64,000 nt of DNA from a virus (Duplodnaviria; Caudoviricetes), in IMG/VR virus record IMGVR_UViG_3300021431_004524, positions 64,001 to 128,000 of that record. One strand, written 5' to 3'. Made by a program: the position numbers and the translations under genes. The notes below the pieces were generated by a model that did no database searches, had not been told where the DNA came from, and saw only the letters and a program-made list of their open reading frames with translations. This document shows, in pieces, positions 31,101 through 39,776 of this stretch (within the stretch, counting starts at the first letter, position 1; the number at the start of each line of letters is the position of its first letter).

Positions 31101-32110
31101 TTCAAGACGACAATGGTGAAAATGTAAGTGTATGTGATTATTTTGGTATTGAATGTGGGGATAATGAAGACTTACGGAATTTTTATAATGGTTCTACAAT
31201 TGGGTCAACAGGTTTGTTTAAGAATGGTGAGAGCACGGTAAGAATAAAAACACCGTTTGGTTATATAACAACCACAGTTACGACAACTTTCAACGGTAAC
31301 ATATATATTGTTGCTGTAACAAAAAATAATTGTCGTGCAATATCACCGGTTTACTCTTTTGCTGATATATATGGCGGTATGGAGTTAGCTATTATTACGT
31401 CAAAAGTGGAGGATGGCACAGAGGAAATCGAGACTGATGAACAAGAAGTAGATGAATACGGTAATCCAATGCGTGACGATGATGGGAATTATATAATGAA
31501 AAAAGAAACTGTAATGAAGTATAAAACCGTTGATGAATATAAACTTGGTTTTCGTATAACGAATGTTAAAGATTTATACTATTTTAATAATTTTCCATAT
31601 GATTTTGAAGTCGTGGAGTGTAAAATAGATGAGCAACATAACATAACCGGTAGTGGTACATTAGCTGGAGAAGAATACTTATACATTAATATTGATGAAA
31701 TCACATATGGCTTGGTTAAAAATTATATAGGAAATATTTTGCAACGTATGGCATTGGCAAAAAGGGTTGAAATGGTTGCGACAGATTATACCGGTTTGAG
31801 GCATAGATTCCGTCCAAATATATCAAGTGAAGAAATTAAACGTTTCATGGTAATATTTGATTTAAATGGCGGATATTGGTCAGAAGATGAAACAGATAAT
31901 GCTAACCGTTCATATTATTGCATAAATGAATACAGTATTACATTAGGAACGCCATATTATCCTAATAGAAAATTCCTTGGGTGGTCTGAAAATAAGTCTG
32001 CTAAATATGGTGATGAGGGAATTGTAGAACCCGGAAAACCGATAACCGGTACAGAAGCAACTATATGGTACGCAATATGGGGTGAATCATCTGAACCCGG
32101 AACTAAATAA
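25166..32110 (+). CDS. giant putative virion/baseplate protein (carboxypeptidase-regulatory-like N-domain, hydrophobic hairpin, C-terminal InlB/Flg_new-like repeat)
   Basis: GIIVGRVLANGGVGVSNAKVS...TNTAGDYMLYGIPTG; C-terminal VIFDLNGG...KFLGWS...WYAIW; baseplate context. Confidence 0.6.
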   Translation: MAEGYKSYRIRTKVGQDAPNVVNVHLDQTYDEFQILSLKIDQKNSYNLYQSDKGIIVGRVLANGGVGVSNAKVSIFIETDDTMSLDKHIIYPYSSVNDTNDDRVRYNLLPDYVDETCHQNVGTFPNKRYVLDNDDVIEVFDKFWKYTTVTNTAGDYMLYGIPTGNHTLHMDVDLSDIGLLSQKPRDLAYKGFNINLFESPTKFKQDTNLNSLAQIKSQDIGVFVYPFWGDSTDNSDNIAVTRCDIQIDYKFEPTCVFIGCIITDTGSNAIGKNCAGTDNVGKMSDLVAGEGSIEMIRKTIDNKVEEFQIKGNRVIDGDGVWCYQIPMNLDYVMTDEFGNLVPTDNPDKGIPTRTRVRFRVSLDDPPSDNTARKRCKYLVPNNPRLDEDRFPVFTADEMHEPDYEFGSNTREESFCDLFWNKVYTVKNYIPRIQKNTKITNRKHTGIKLINHYGDNNPMPYNNLSIKLSFTYRFICVLTKIFILLVGFLNNIITILGAIPCKIADFFRSIADFFNFKILGWRPLGVVASMFEAVAKVFDLLTPPCIAISSEFCTEDVTHAYTFYPGCGRKGLANVIGPLADCVWDKTQERHYDDMRDVKQEDKTEPINNDSELYNCVESQLAEDNDATSFNFQNDWINGTLYSPLWYRKITPKRSFLFGLFKRSAKDEWCSADHAYNGLVRIFHPCAVKRDGTAKYTTHDGKSGQEAKYMSGSPGCSDDCHENKTIIGLNNGVIRTKQTMLGQTVYYYKPVEYETIKQEGDGIRKEGNYNGALKLLFATDIVLLGSLNDCDLNGVPQFFKSLESSTYKLPPNMLFTDNNMVQSFNEDGTISTRFDQVSTSEMTGNDWGNRNDDMCGEPDGGLFYDIGCSSIEMIPKSCINLLRICEFGVSLDETKQVPNLKNVEDSGDNAFETLVPDGFISKDELYNDNERSMFATMNGNELLTKLNTENGLKEYDFRHLYVDNFDNSLFSAMSLRQKKCSEYTYTNNWKLESFSAGYYDFRMGKRPYFYDKENRFPRYENSFYFYFGLKVGKTAIDKFNSQFFAECYNSEDAVSPIRIEVKGNSWCSEINDGKINEGENKKNDGFVKIDLSEVSLPCDILIQDVENGDFEFVAKGINDEKIIIANKDVARQYENTHKQVCMTRKIRKKDYGRICSLDNSKYTMTVTDSEGEIITVDFELYAPYLKYDVEPTNFKKPENVLLNMFKNRYDIATYKTDSGRGIGGTIAIYNIVDGLSGDDLFFYDIDIVPINKIDGLKNENDEDIKYEVKVKVRNGKIVESSVYLVHSDLSEKRFIFGVPKGDERYKITVTQYCEWTGTDGITYYYDTNNKYTHTVYIGDMTPYKLYIGNVVDYDVISHWGTGYELIEDIDKKDFDTHKVELNGSGTYFDNSKFSDNWLHISDADGSSNGKPRYYWDKLISYQKCLKKINSDLKNGNSNEKYFPFRTAKSIITISEYIRPENVKTNDNIPYLDGILLNEFLKEFIKRLNDDIDDLKNKSNGSIDIEQEDAINIMEDIIQMCEKIMEIKEEFIIQMKSNFWLTCQEESKTITFRATTDDMPVGFYIAHRSERSSDDGNYNVLEYRPSGELYFSFNEERRISDITIPSLTIRSSENYGIDLIPIAADEKQKYIVQDEVSLALDNKSNFKLSNRQKYAFFVGVINSAEQVKKNPLDRNDDEMIPNGDSIPTGIKDKEWYEPNTSKLFGFHVLDKIMNVDYISWAYINGIPYFEPNDAEKNGHTVISSGLFAANMHNGVAKKINSDTSTEFTLTEFEIQKVGGYNMEIVTINDEDSMPTQRYISGSTEGSTGAPSFYFNWRNYTVDSLFEPTKSQGGKTAQYVPLLPVTSIMEIEDSSYCDISEEIYGGMTINLLDDSVNNCEDRSQNIIHVTANNSSDDVVYFVYNVETHPYPLNHFNLPGENDWLNTMTKEIKKGDVISSEEEEKYKTYKIFGISNTKEVLVAESAKKEIGFGNYIPIFGTELQDDNGENVSVCDYFGIECGDNEDLRNFYNGSTIGSTGLFKNGESTVRIKTPFGYITTTVTTTFNGNIYIVAVTKNNCRAISPVYSFADIYGGMELAIITSKVEDGTEEIETDEQEVDEYGNPMRDDDGNYIMKKETVMKYKTVDEYKLGFRITNVKDLYYFNNFPYDFEVVECKIDEQHNITGSGTLAGEEYLYINIDEITYGLVKNYIGNILQRMALAKRVEMVATDYTGLRHRFRPNISSEEIKRFMVIFDLNGGYWSEDETDNANRSYYCINEYSITLGTPYYPNRKFLGWSENKSAKYGDEGIVEPGKPITGTEATIWYAIWGESSEPGTK

Positions 32111-32234
32111 CATTTAATTATATAAATAAAATAAATGCCAATGTTCAACAAAATATAAGTGGTCAATGTTATTTAGATGGTTCCAGTGCAGAACAAACAA
32201 TTTTTATGAGATATGAATTTAAACAAAATCCATA

Positions 32235-35159
32235 ATGAACAATATTCAAATTAGATTAGGACATACAGATTCCGTAAATTCAGTTGATAGACAGAATTTC
32301 TTAGACGTAGAACTTAAAAATACGTCTAAGTTATCTCATTTTACTGATATTAAAGCGACGATAGACCAATACGAACAGTTTAATACGGAAAGAGAAAACT
32401 GCAATAAATATCGTTTAATTTTAACCATTAATCCATATTGTACAAATGTCTTATTTAATCCGTTTACTGAAATCGTATATGCAGAGGGTGCGGGTGCAAT
32501 TGAAAATAAATTTGTTGGATGTGAAGCAATTGTTGATGGAGATACTTTCTGGGATAATGATAAGGATAAGGATGAGGAACCGGATATAGAAAAAGATTAT
32601 GCTAAACAATTAAACATAGACAAAGTTTACGGTAATGCAAAGCCAAATCGTGTTCAAATGATAATGAACACTGAATATTCAAGACCTGGCTGTGCTAATG
32701 ATAGTAAGGATAAGAATGGAAGAGAAATAACTGATGAAAATTATGTATATCATCCTGGCTATGATATATTCAATAATCATATATTAAGAAACAAATCCTT
32801 CAAAATTGTAAATAAACCAAAAGGAAACAACCACGAGCAATTTTTTAATACTATTGCGGATAAAATGCGTTATGCTGATGGTGAACAGGTGAAATATCGA
32901 AGAAGGGAAAGTTTACAAGATGATACTATGCCGGAAAGAGATAAACATTTATATGATTATGCTGATATATTACAATTTTCAAATGGTGATGCAATTAATG
33001 CCAATCTCACTGAAGAGAATGGCTGGTATGGTTTTATAAATACTTCAACAATACAATCACGTGACCCGGATGCTGGAGAAAATGGAGATAAATTTAATGA
33101 ATTGAATATTGGCCGTGTGTTGAATGACCATAAATCGTGTGAGTTTATTGATATGTATCCTGATAGGACATTATACTCATTTAATCCTAAGTATAACAAA
33201 TACCGACATCGTGAGGAATATAATTGGGAAGTAATTCTTACATATCCGTATAAAAACGTTGTTGCTGATAAGAAAAACAATGATTACAATGTTGTAAAAG
33301 ATGGTGATTGTAATGGATTGTTAATTCTTTCTGCCGTTAAGACTATGAGTCCAAGCAATGAAACAATAATTTTGTTTAGATGCATGACTAAACATGGGCT
33401 TAAACGTGGGGACACAGTGAGATTTTATTATATAGATAAAGAAGATGAAAATAAAAAATGGCAACAGTATGAAAAGAATTTCATTGTAAGAAACATAGGA
33501 GATTTGGAAAATAATGAAAAAGAATATTATTTCTATATAAATGATATGGATTTCATTAGACTAATTGACCCGGATAAATATGATGATATGGATGAAAATA
33601 ATAATGATTTTCAAGTACCCGATAAAAAATACCGTTTTGCAAGAATAGTCGGAAATGTTCCTTCAAGATACTATATAAGGATTTTCAAGAAATTACCAAA
33701 TTTCAAATATGCTGAAAAGAAGTTCCCAACCGACGGAAGTATGACAATTGATGATTATATCAATAATAATGCGAAGTATCCTGAATATTTTCCGGATGAT
33801 AAAAAGGGAAAAATGGTAACTTATGATAAGGAACAATATAAATTGGCATTTGAGTCAACAATTTACAATGATGATAGTACGCAGATAGTATTTACTGATA
33901 CTATTGATATTGATAATCTTGTCGATAGTCGTGGTTGTCCATTAACCGAGATTTATACCACAATTGTTAAAACAAATTACGGACATGACATGTGGTATGG
34001 TACTAATGGAAAAGATATTAATCGTAGTAATGAAGGTGTTGAATTTTCGCATTGTTTCGGACCGGTATCTGAAGGTTTGCAATTTTCACAGATAGAAACC
34101 GAATCCAAATATGCAGAGACAAATAGGAGAAATTGTGGTGATGTATGTATGTTATGTGTAGAAAAAGATAAAAATACTAATAAATATTTTGTATCTACAC
34201 CTTACAATGAGAATGTTACAATAGGTTCAAATGATGAATTTTTGGGTGATATAGTTGAATTTAACCCCAACGAATGTATTGAAAAATCATTACAATTCTT
34301 TATGCACCGTTTTAATACTGCTCAGAGGGAGTTGAGTGATGGAAGAATTTTCACATGGAATGAAATATGGTCAGACGATTGGGATGCTAAACCAAGTAAT
34401 GAAGACCATGTTATAACTGATAAAACTGATAAAGGTGATTTTCCTTTTTCCGTTACTGAAGAGACTCTTGATGATGACACGGTAACACAACGCCATGAGG
34501 GATATTTCTATCAACCGCATTATCGTATTCCTTTAAGGGAATTCGGGGCTATTATACAAGACCAACACTATGATGTTAATATAAACAAGATAGAACCTGT
34601 GCAGGCAGATGCCATTTATTTGAAAATAGTCACAAAAACAAGGAGTGGTGTCAATAAGGGCGATATTATTTATCTTTTTGATGATAAGAATAACAAAGTA
34701 TATGACTTTATTGTTACATATGTCGAAAATAAAGTTTCATTCTACGTAATGCCGTATGTAAAAGAGGGTAATCCTTGGCAGATTTTCAATTCAAAGAGTC
34801 AATTAAACTGGCTGGATATATGTAATTTGGCTGTTCCTGATGATAACGGTGAAATAAAACTTTATTTCAGAATAAAGAATGAAGAAATTCCACCTTATGC
34901 TGAAAAAGTCGGTAAAAACAAGTATTTGTGGCGTGAAGTTTTAAAGCCCGGCAATATGGATATACAGAATTTACCTGAATACGCATATTCAAACAATGCA
35001 TTTTACATATCTAATGAAATCAATTTCTTTTTGAAGAGGCAAGACCCACAAGGTTGGAATAATCTTTATTATGAGGATGGTTTCCCTAACGATATTCGGG
35101 GAAATATCAAGAAAGAATCTAATTATATCTATAAGGAAGAGAAAGAAGTCATATGTTAA
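32235..35159 (+). CDS. putative structural (baseplate/tail) protein
   Basis: 974-aa ORF in the structural operon. Confidence 0.55.
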   Translation: MNNIQIRLGHTDSVNSVDRQNFLDVELKNTSKLSHFTDIKATIDQYEQFNTERENCNKYRLILTINPYCTNVLFNPFTEIVYAEGAGAIENKFVGCEAIVDGDTFWDNDKDKDEEPDIEKDYAKQLNIDKVYGNAKPNRVQMIMNTEYSRPGCANDSKDKNGREITDENYVYHPGYDIFNNHILRNKSFKIVNKPKGNNHEQFFNTIADKMRYADGEQVKYRRRESLQDDTMPERDKHLYDYADILQFSNGDAINANLTEENGWYGFINTSTIQSRDPDAGENGDKFNELNIGRVLNDHKSCEFIDMYPDRTLYSFNPKYNKYRHREEYNWEVILTYPYKNVVADKKNNDYNVVKDGDCNGLLILSAVKTMSPSNETIILFRCMTKHGLKRGDTVRFYYIDKEDENKKWQQYEKNFIVRNIGDLENNEKEYYFYINDMDFIRLIDPDKYDDMDENNNDFQVPDKKYRFARIVGNVPSRYYIRIFKKLPNFKYAEKKFPTDGSMTIDDYINNNAKYPEYFPDDKKGKMVTYDKEQYKLAFESTIYNDDSTQIVFTDTIDIDNLVDSRGCPLTEIYTTIVKTNYGHDMWYGTNGKDINRSNEGVEFSHCFGPVSEGLQFSQIETESKYAETNRRNCGDVCMLCVEKDKNTNKYFVSTPYNENVTIGSNDEFLGDIVEFNPNECIEKSLQFFMHRFNTAQRELSDGRIFTWNEIWSDDWDAKPSNEDHVITDKTDKGDFPFSVTEETLDDDTVTQRHEGYFYQPHYRIPLREFGAIIQDQHYDVNINKIEPVQADAIYLKIVTKTRSGVNKGDIIYLFDDKNNKVYDFIVTYVENKVSFYVMPYVKEGNPWQIFNSKSQLNWLDICNLAVPDDNGEIKLYFRIKNEEIPPYAEKVGKNKYLWREVLKPGNMDIQNLPEYAYSNNAFYISNEINFFLKRQDPQGWNNLYYEDGFPNDIRGNIKKESNYIYKEEKEVIC

Positions 35160-36946
35160 AATATCAGTTAAATACACGGTTCATCAGAAATGACCTGGTT
35201 CCGATTGAATTATACGATTATTCAAGTGACGAACTGCTTGGTGATGAATTTAAGGATAAAATGTTGCTTACTTGCTATTCAAATGGAGAATTAACTTTTG
35301 GTAAGGATGCAAGTATAATGGCCATGTATGAACAATATATGGTCAATGACGATTTTATATCTTCCACAGCATATAATTTTAGCACTATTTATCATCCTTA
35401 TGGTTTAAATAAAGAAAATCGCTCATTTTCAATTATTTATAACAAATATTTCAACCTTGAAGTTGAAAGAACAAGTGTTACTACTGAGTTAGTAGATGGT
35501 CAACCACAAAAAACATGGTGGTATATATGGTTTAAGGGCAGTCATTTATTTGATATAAGTGGTGGTAATACATATACATTGTATCTTACGTTTGACGGTC
35601 CTAATGGATATAATGAAGACGAGCCTTTTGAATTGGAAGTTAATGGTTCAACATTTGTAACGAGTTCTATACTTAGGTTTTCTTATAAAGATGTTTTGGA
35701 TAAGATTGAACTTAACGGTGTTAAACTTGAGGATGTTATTTTCTATGAAGAAGATGGACAAACAGTCAGTGATGTATCGAGGGTGAGATTTTTCCGTGAC
35801 AATTTCGTATTTACCACCGGCATGTTCCAATTGTTTCTTGATAGGGCAATGGCAACGATTTCTTTACCGATTGAGCAGAAATTTGCCAGTGACTTATATC
35901 AGGATGACAATATACGTGAGCATTTTACGAATGCTGAAATCAAAAAGTCCATTAATAAGATAACTGAAATGGAAAAGGATGTGTATCATCCTGTTATATG
36001 GGATTCAGAAGACGATAAAGTAAAAAATGAAGTTTATAAAATAAGATTTAATCTACATTTCAGAGAACATAGAGGTGATGATTGGCTTGCAGATGCGGAT
36101 ACGTATTGGAATGGTGTAAATCCTGCCAAATTAGAGCCTATTGATGGTTATTTTACTTATTCTAATCCAGAACAACAGTCTGATTTGCTTACGTATTTGA
36201 ATTTTACTGACAAAGATGTACGCTATCAGAAAAATAAACTAAAGAAATCGTTTTTAAGAGTCATGTTTTTTGATTCAATGAATCCGGCTAATCAGAATAT
36301 GCTTGCATATTATACGATTTTCATGGATAGTGGAAATTATTTCAGTAAATATGCAAGATATATAGAGGCTGAAGGGTATAGAAAAATCAGTAAAACACCG
36401 GATGACACCGGTAAATATGACATAAAGGATAAATTAACGGGAATAAAAGTAGATAGAGAGCCAACAATAGATAAGGACACCGATATTGATGATATTGAGG
36501 AAGTTAGATTAAGTTCTCAGTTTGTCGTAGAGGATAAATATATGTCTGATGCTTCGAGTGAAGGTTTCTATCTTTATCTGTGGAAAGATAATTTCTTAGG
36601 TACATATCCTCAGAATATATACATGAAAGTGGAGTTTAACCATGCGGGATATGGAAGAACTATTCCGTTTATGTGCCCGTTTAAAGACCCGACTAAGAAT
36701 GAGGGTAACGGTTTCAAGTCATTTAGTGAGATATTAGATGATTGGTCTAGTAATGATAAAAAATACGGTATAGTAAAGTATTCAAAATATTCATACATAC
36801 ATTTTAAGTATAAGTATGACAAGATAAGTGAGAGACACGTATATTATCTTGATGATAAATTTTATGGAACTAAGCCGGATAAAGGTGGTGTCCATTTTGA
36901 AGATAACGCCATAACAATAAATTTATATGAAGCGAAGATAGTTTAA
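35153..36946 (+). CDS. putative structural protein
   Basis: 597-aa ORF overlapping the previous stop; IYMKVEFNHAGYG motif. Confidence 0.55.
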   Translation: MLKYQLNTRFIRNDLVPIELYDYSSDELLGDEFKDKMLLTCYSNGELTFGKDASIMAMYEQYMVNDDFISSTAYNFSTIYHPYGLNKENRSFSIIYNKYFNLEVERTSVTTELVDGQPQKTWWYIWFKGSHLFDISGGNTYTLYLTFDGPNGYNEDEPFELEVNGSTFVTSSILRFSYKDVLDKIELNGVKLEDVIFYEEDGQTVSDVSRVRFFRDNFVFTTGMFQLFLDRAMATISLPIEQKFASDLYQDDNIREHFTNAEIKKSINKITEMEKDVYHPVIWDSEDDKVKNEVYKIRFNLHFREHRGDDWLADADTYWNGVNPAKLEPIDGYFTYSNPEQQSDLLTYLNFTDKDVRYQKNKLKKSFLRVMFFDSMNPANQNMLAYYTIFMDSGNYFSKYARYIEAEGYRKISKTPDDTGKYDIKDKLTGIKVDREPTIDKDTDIDDIEEVRLSSQFVVEDKYMSDASSEGFYLYLWKDNFLGTYPQNIYMKVEFNHAGYGRTIPFMCPFKDPTKNEGNGFKSFSEILDDWSSNDKKYGIVKYSKYSYIHFKYKYDKISERHVYYLDDKFYGTKPDKGGVHFEDNAITINLYEAKIV

Positions 36947-38809
36947 ATGAGTAAGATACAGAAAACAATATGCAGAGAGGAACTGAAGTCACGTATTCCG
37001 GGATTGTTTGCCTATATAGAGGAAAATGATGCCGGTGAATTTAAACTTCATAAAGCAACGGACTCATTAAGTGGTTGTTATGGTAAAATTATCGAAAATA
37101 TGACTGTAAACGCCTCGTTAAAGGTTAATGGTGAGGATATAATAATGAGTGGTAATGTGTATTCGTACAGAACAATTATGAATGCTTATTATCAATATAA
37201 AAATAATAGTATTGATACCGTAGAGGATACTAATTTTTTTAAATTTGTCGATGATGCCATTGGAAAGGTAGAGATAGATTTCAATACACTTGGTTTGGAT
37301 GAGGAAAAGAATGACATGGTTCCACATTATATCTATTTGGCAAATACAAGAAATCTGTTCAGCCAATATTCAAAACTGAAAATTGTATATGATTATTATA
37401 CAGGTGGGTATACTGAAATTGATGGGAAACTTGCACCAAGTACTTTCGATATTAATAATTTAGAAGGGGATATTTGCTGTTTGTGTGCCAAATATGTAAG
37501 AATGGGTGGCACTATAATGTATAATAAATTAAATGGATTAATTTCTGAGGCTGAAACTGTCGCAAATAGATATTACGGCTATGTAGCAAATAATGATAAT
37601 TTGACTTTGAATTTAAACGTGTCATTAAAACAGTCAATTCATGATATTGGCTATCTTTCATGCTACTTACATGAATGGGTTGGAGGTGAAGAACATTTTA
37701 AAGACGAATTGTACACTTATAATGGATGTACATATAGATGTATGGAAAATAACCACGATAAATACAATGAAGAATTGATGAGATTTGAATTTGATGATAC
37801 TAAATTCAAAAAGATAACGGATTTGTATGATGGTGAAGGACAAGAAGAAATATATGATAAGTTAATTTCTTCATATAATCCATTTGGAAATAAATGGGTA
37901 ATTCGTGATGAGGATGGAAACATATTAACTGATGATAAATCTTATAATTTATCTGGTTCTGCCGACAGTAAGTTAAAATCATTAAGAAAATATAAGAATT
38001 ATATTAACGGTGAGGATAAAGAGGAAAAACCGAGTGATGATGAGGATTGGCTTTATTTCTATCGTGTTGGTACTGTTATTAATTATACAACAGTTACAGA
38101 TAATTCTGGAAACATAGCAGATATCGATAAACTTGCTGAAGGTATATTGGAACCGGCAACAGATGTTAATAAACTTGCAGCCTATGGCAATGTAATTAGT
38201 AATATTGAACCAGACCAAGACCAGACAAAACGAACAATAACGTTTGAATATTACATAAATGCACATTTAAAAGCCAAAAAAGTTATTACAAAAAAAGATG
38301 ATGACGGTAATACATTATATATGTTTGATGGATTTTATGCCGATGAAGATGACAAATATCATGGTGTAAAATATACGGAGACATATACATACGATGAAGG
38401 TGGAGAATTGGATAAACTTGTCAATGGTCAAGATACTATAACATTTGACGATTATGTAAATGATATTGACGATAGTATAACAACATATAATAAATATCCA
38501 TTTAGACTAACCGATTCAATTGTTTATTATAACAAGGAATTGCCTACGCAAATTGTTAGTATTCCGTTTATAAAAAGTGATTATGAAACCACTATAAAAA
38601 ACGAAACTGACTATTTATTTGCAGAGACGTTTAAGACGGACTATTTGGGCGATATAACCTATAAACCGAAGGTCGATAATAATGTAAGAATAGACAGAGG
38701 TAATTATTCAGCGTTTGAAAGGCATTTGAAACTTGCCGAGGTTAAAACTTTGAATGACCTTGTTGAGTATAGTAACGGTTCGTTTTTTAACGTGCAGAAA
38801 GTGAATTAA
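36947..38809 (+). CDS. putative structural protein
   Basis: 620-aa ORF; C-terminal VRIDRGNYSAFERHLKLAEV. Confidence 0.55.
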   Translation: MSKIQKTICREELKSRIPGLFAYIEENDAGEFKLHKATDSLSGCYGKIIENMTVNASLKVNGEDIIMSGNVYSYRTIMNAYYQYKNNSIDTVEDTNFFKFVDDAIGKVEIDFNTLGLDEEKNDMVPHYIYLANTRNLFSQYSKLKIVYDYYTGGYTEIDGKLAPSTFDINNLEGDICCLCAKYVRMGGTIMYNKLNGLISEAETVANRYYGYVANNDNLTLNLNVSLKQSIHDIGYLSCYLHEWVGGEEHFKDELYTYNGCTYRCMENNHDKYNEELMRFEFDDTKFKKITDLYDGEGQEEIYDKLISSYNPFGNKWVIRDEDGNILTDDKSYNLSGSADSKLKSLRKYKNYINGEDKEEKPSDDEDWLYFYRVGTVINYTTVTDNSGNIADIDKLAEGILEPATDVNKLAAYGNVISNIEPDQDQTKRTITFEYYINAHLKAKKVITKKDDDGNTLYMFDGFYADEDDKYHGVKYTETYTYDEGGELDKLVNGQDTITFDDYVNDIDDSITTYNKYPFRLTDSIVYYNKELPTQIVSIPFIKSDYETTIKNETDYLFAETFKTDYLGDITYKPKVDNNVRIDRGNYSAFERHLKLAEVKTLNDLVEYSNGSFFNVQKVN

Positions 38810-38864
38810 AGTTTGAAAACAGCATAAAAATAATATATATTGATAGATATACATATTAAGGTAA

Positions 38865-39776
38865 ATGAATAGTACATATGGGATTGTAAAAGCTAGTTTG
38901 ATAGACCCTGCGCAAGATGCACAGGTGTTTTATCATTATAGGCCGTCAAGAAGTAGTCAGGATACTTCTTTTGAAAATTTCAAGGAAATCAAAGACGTTT
39001 CATCAATTTTCACAAACTCTAAGTTAGAGACTGATGAAAATGACAAACGTTTACCTGGTATGTATAATCTTAATTTGCCAGTGTCTATATTTGGTAAAAA
39101 GGGTATTTACACGATTTACATAAAACCTAAAGAGTTTTCATGTACAATTAAAGATGTCGGTTCATTGTCAGCATATCCAGATGTAAAAGGTATCGTTATT
39201 GACATAGATAGTGTCGAAAACCGTTCTATGTTTGATACTGATAAATTAGTTGGATATCGTGTTGAATATTTTGAATATAATAACAGTAACGGTTTGGAAA
39301 GACAAGATTATTACAGGTTAATCACAAGTAATAATATGTGCGAACCGGTTTCACAGAACCTTACATCAGCAAATACAAATTCAAATGGCTATCGTTTTAA
39401 TGGAAGTGGTAGTTTATGTTTCATAACGCTTACGCCATCTACAAGTCCGAGTTTTAAGAGTAATTCTAAACCATATATAGGAACACCAAATCAAAAAATA
39501 GTCATCACCAATACTAAGTTCGACCCTGTAATGATTGAACTTGAAATGGTTGACCATGATATTGAGACACTTAGTGTAATGGCCGAGGGTAATATGATAA
39601 GGAATATGGATAAGGGTATCGTATCCTATTATAACTTTAATAATGAGATTTACAAACAGTATGAGTTCTCAACGATTAAGGATAATTACACTAAGAATAG
39701 TGTAGCAGAGACAAAATTTGACAGAAGCGATAATATTGACAACAGTCTTGATATAAATGATTTGATGGAAGTATAA
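38865..39776 (+). CDS. putative baseplate/structural protein
   Basis: 303-aa beta-rich ORF, TAATG-coupled to the next gene. Confidence 0.55.
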   Translation: MNSTYGIVKASLIDPAQDAQVFYHYRPSRSSQDTSFENFKEIKDVSSIFTNSKLETDENDKRLPGMYNLNLPVSIFGKKGIYTIYIKPKEFSCTIKDVGSLSAYPDVKGIVIDIDSVENRSMFDTDKLVGYRVEYFEYNNSNGLERQDYYRLITSNNMCEPVSQNLTSANTNSNGYRFNGSGSLCFITLTPSTSPSFKSNSKPYIGTPNQKIVITNTKFDPVMIELEMVDHDIETLSVMAEGNMIRNMDKGIVSYYNFNNEIYKQYEFSTIKDNYTKNSVAETKFDRSDNIDNSLDINDLMEV

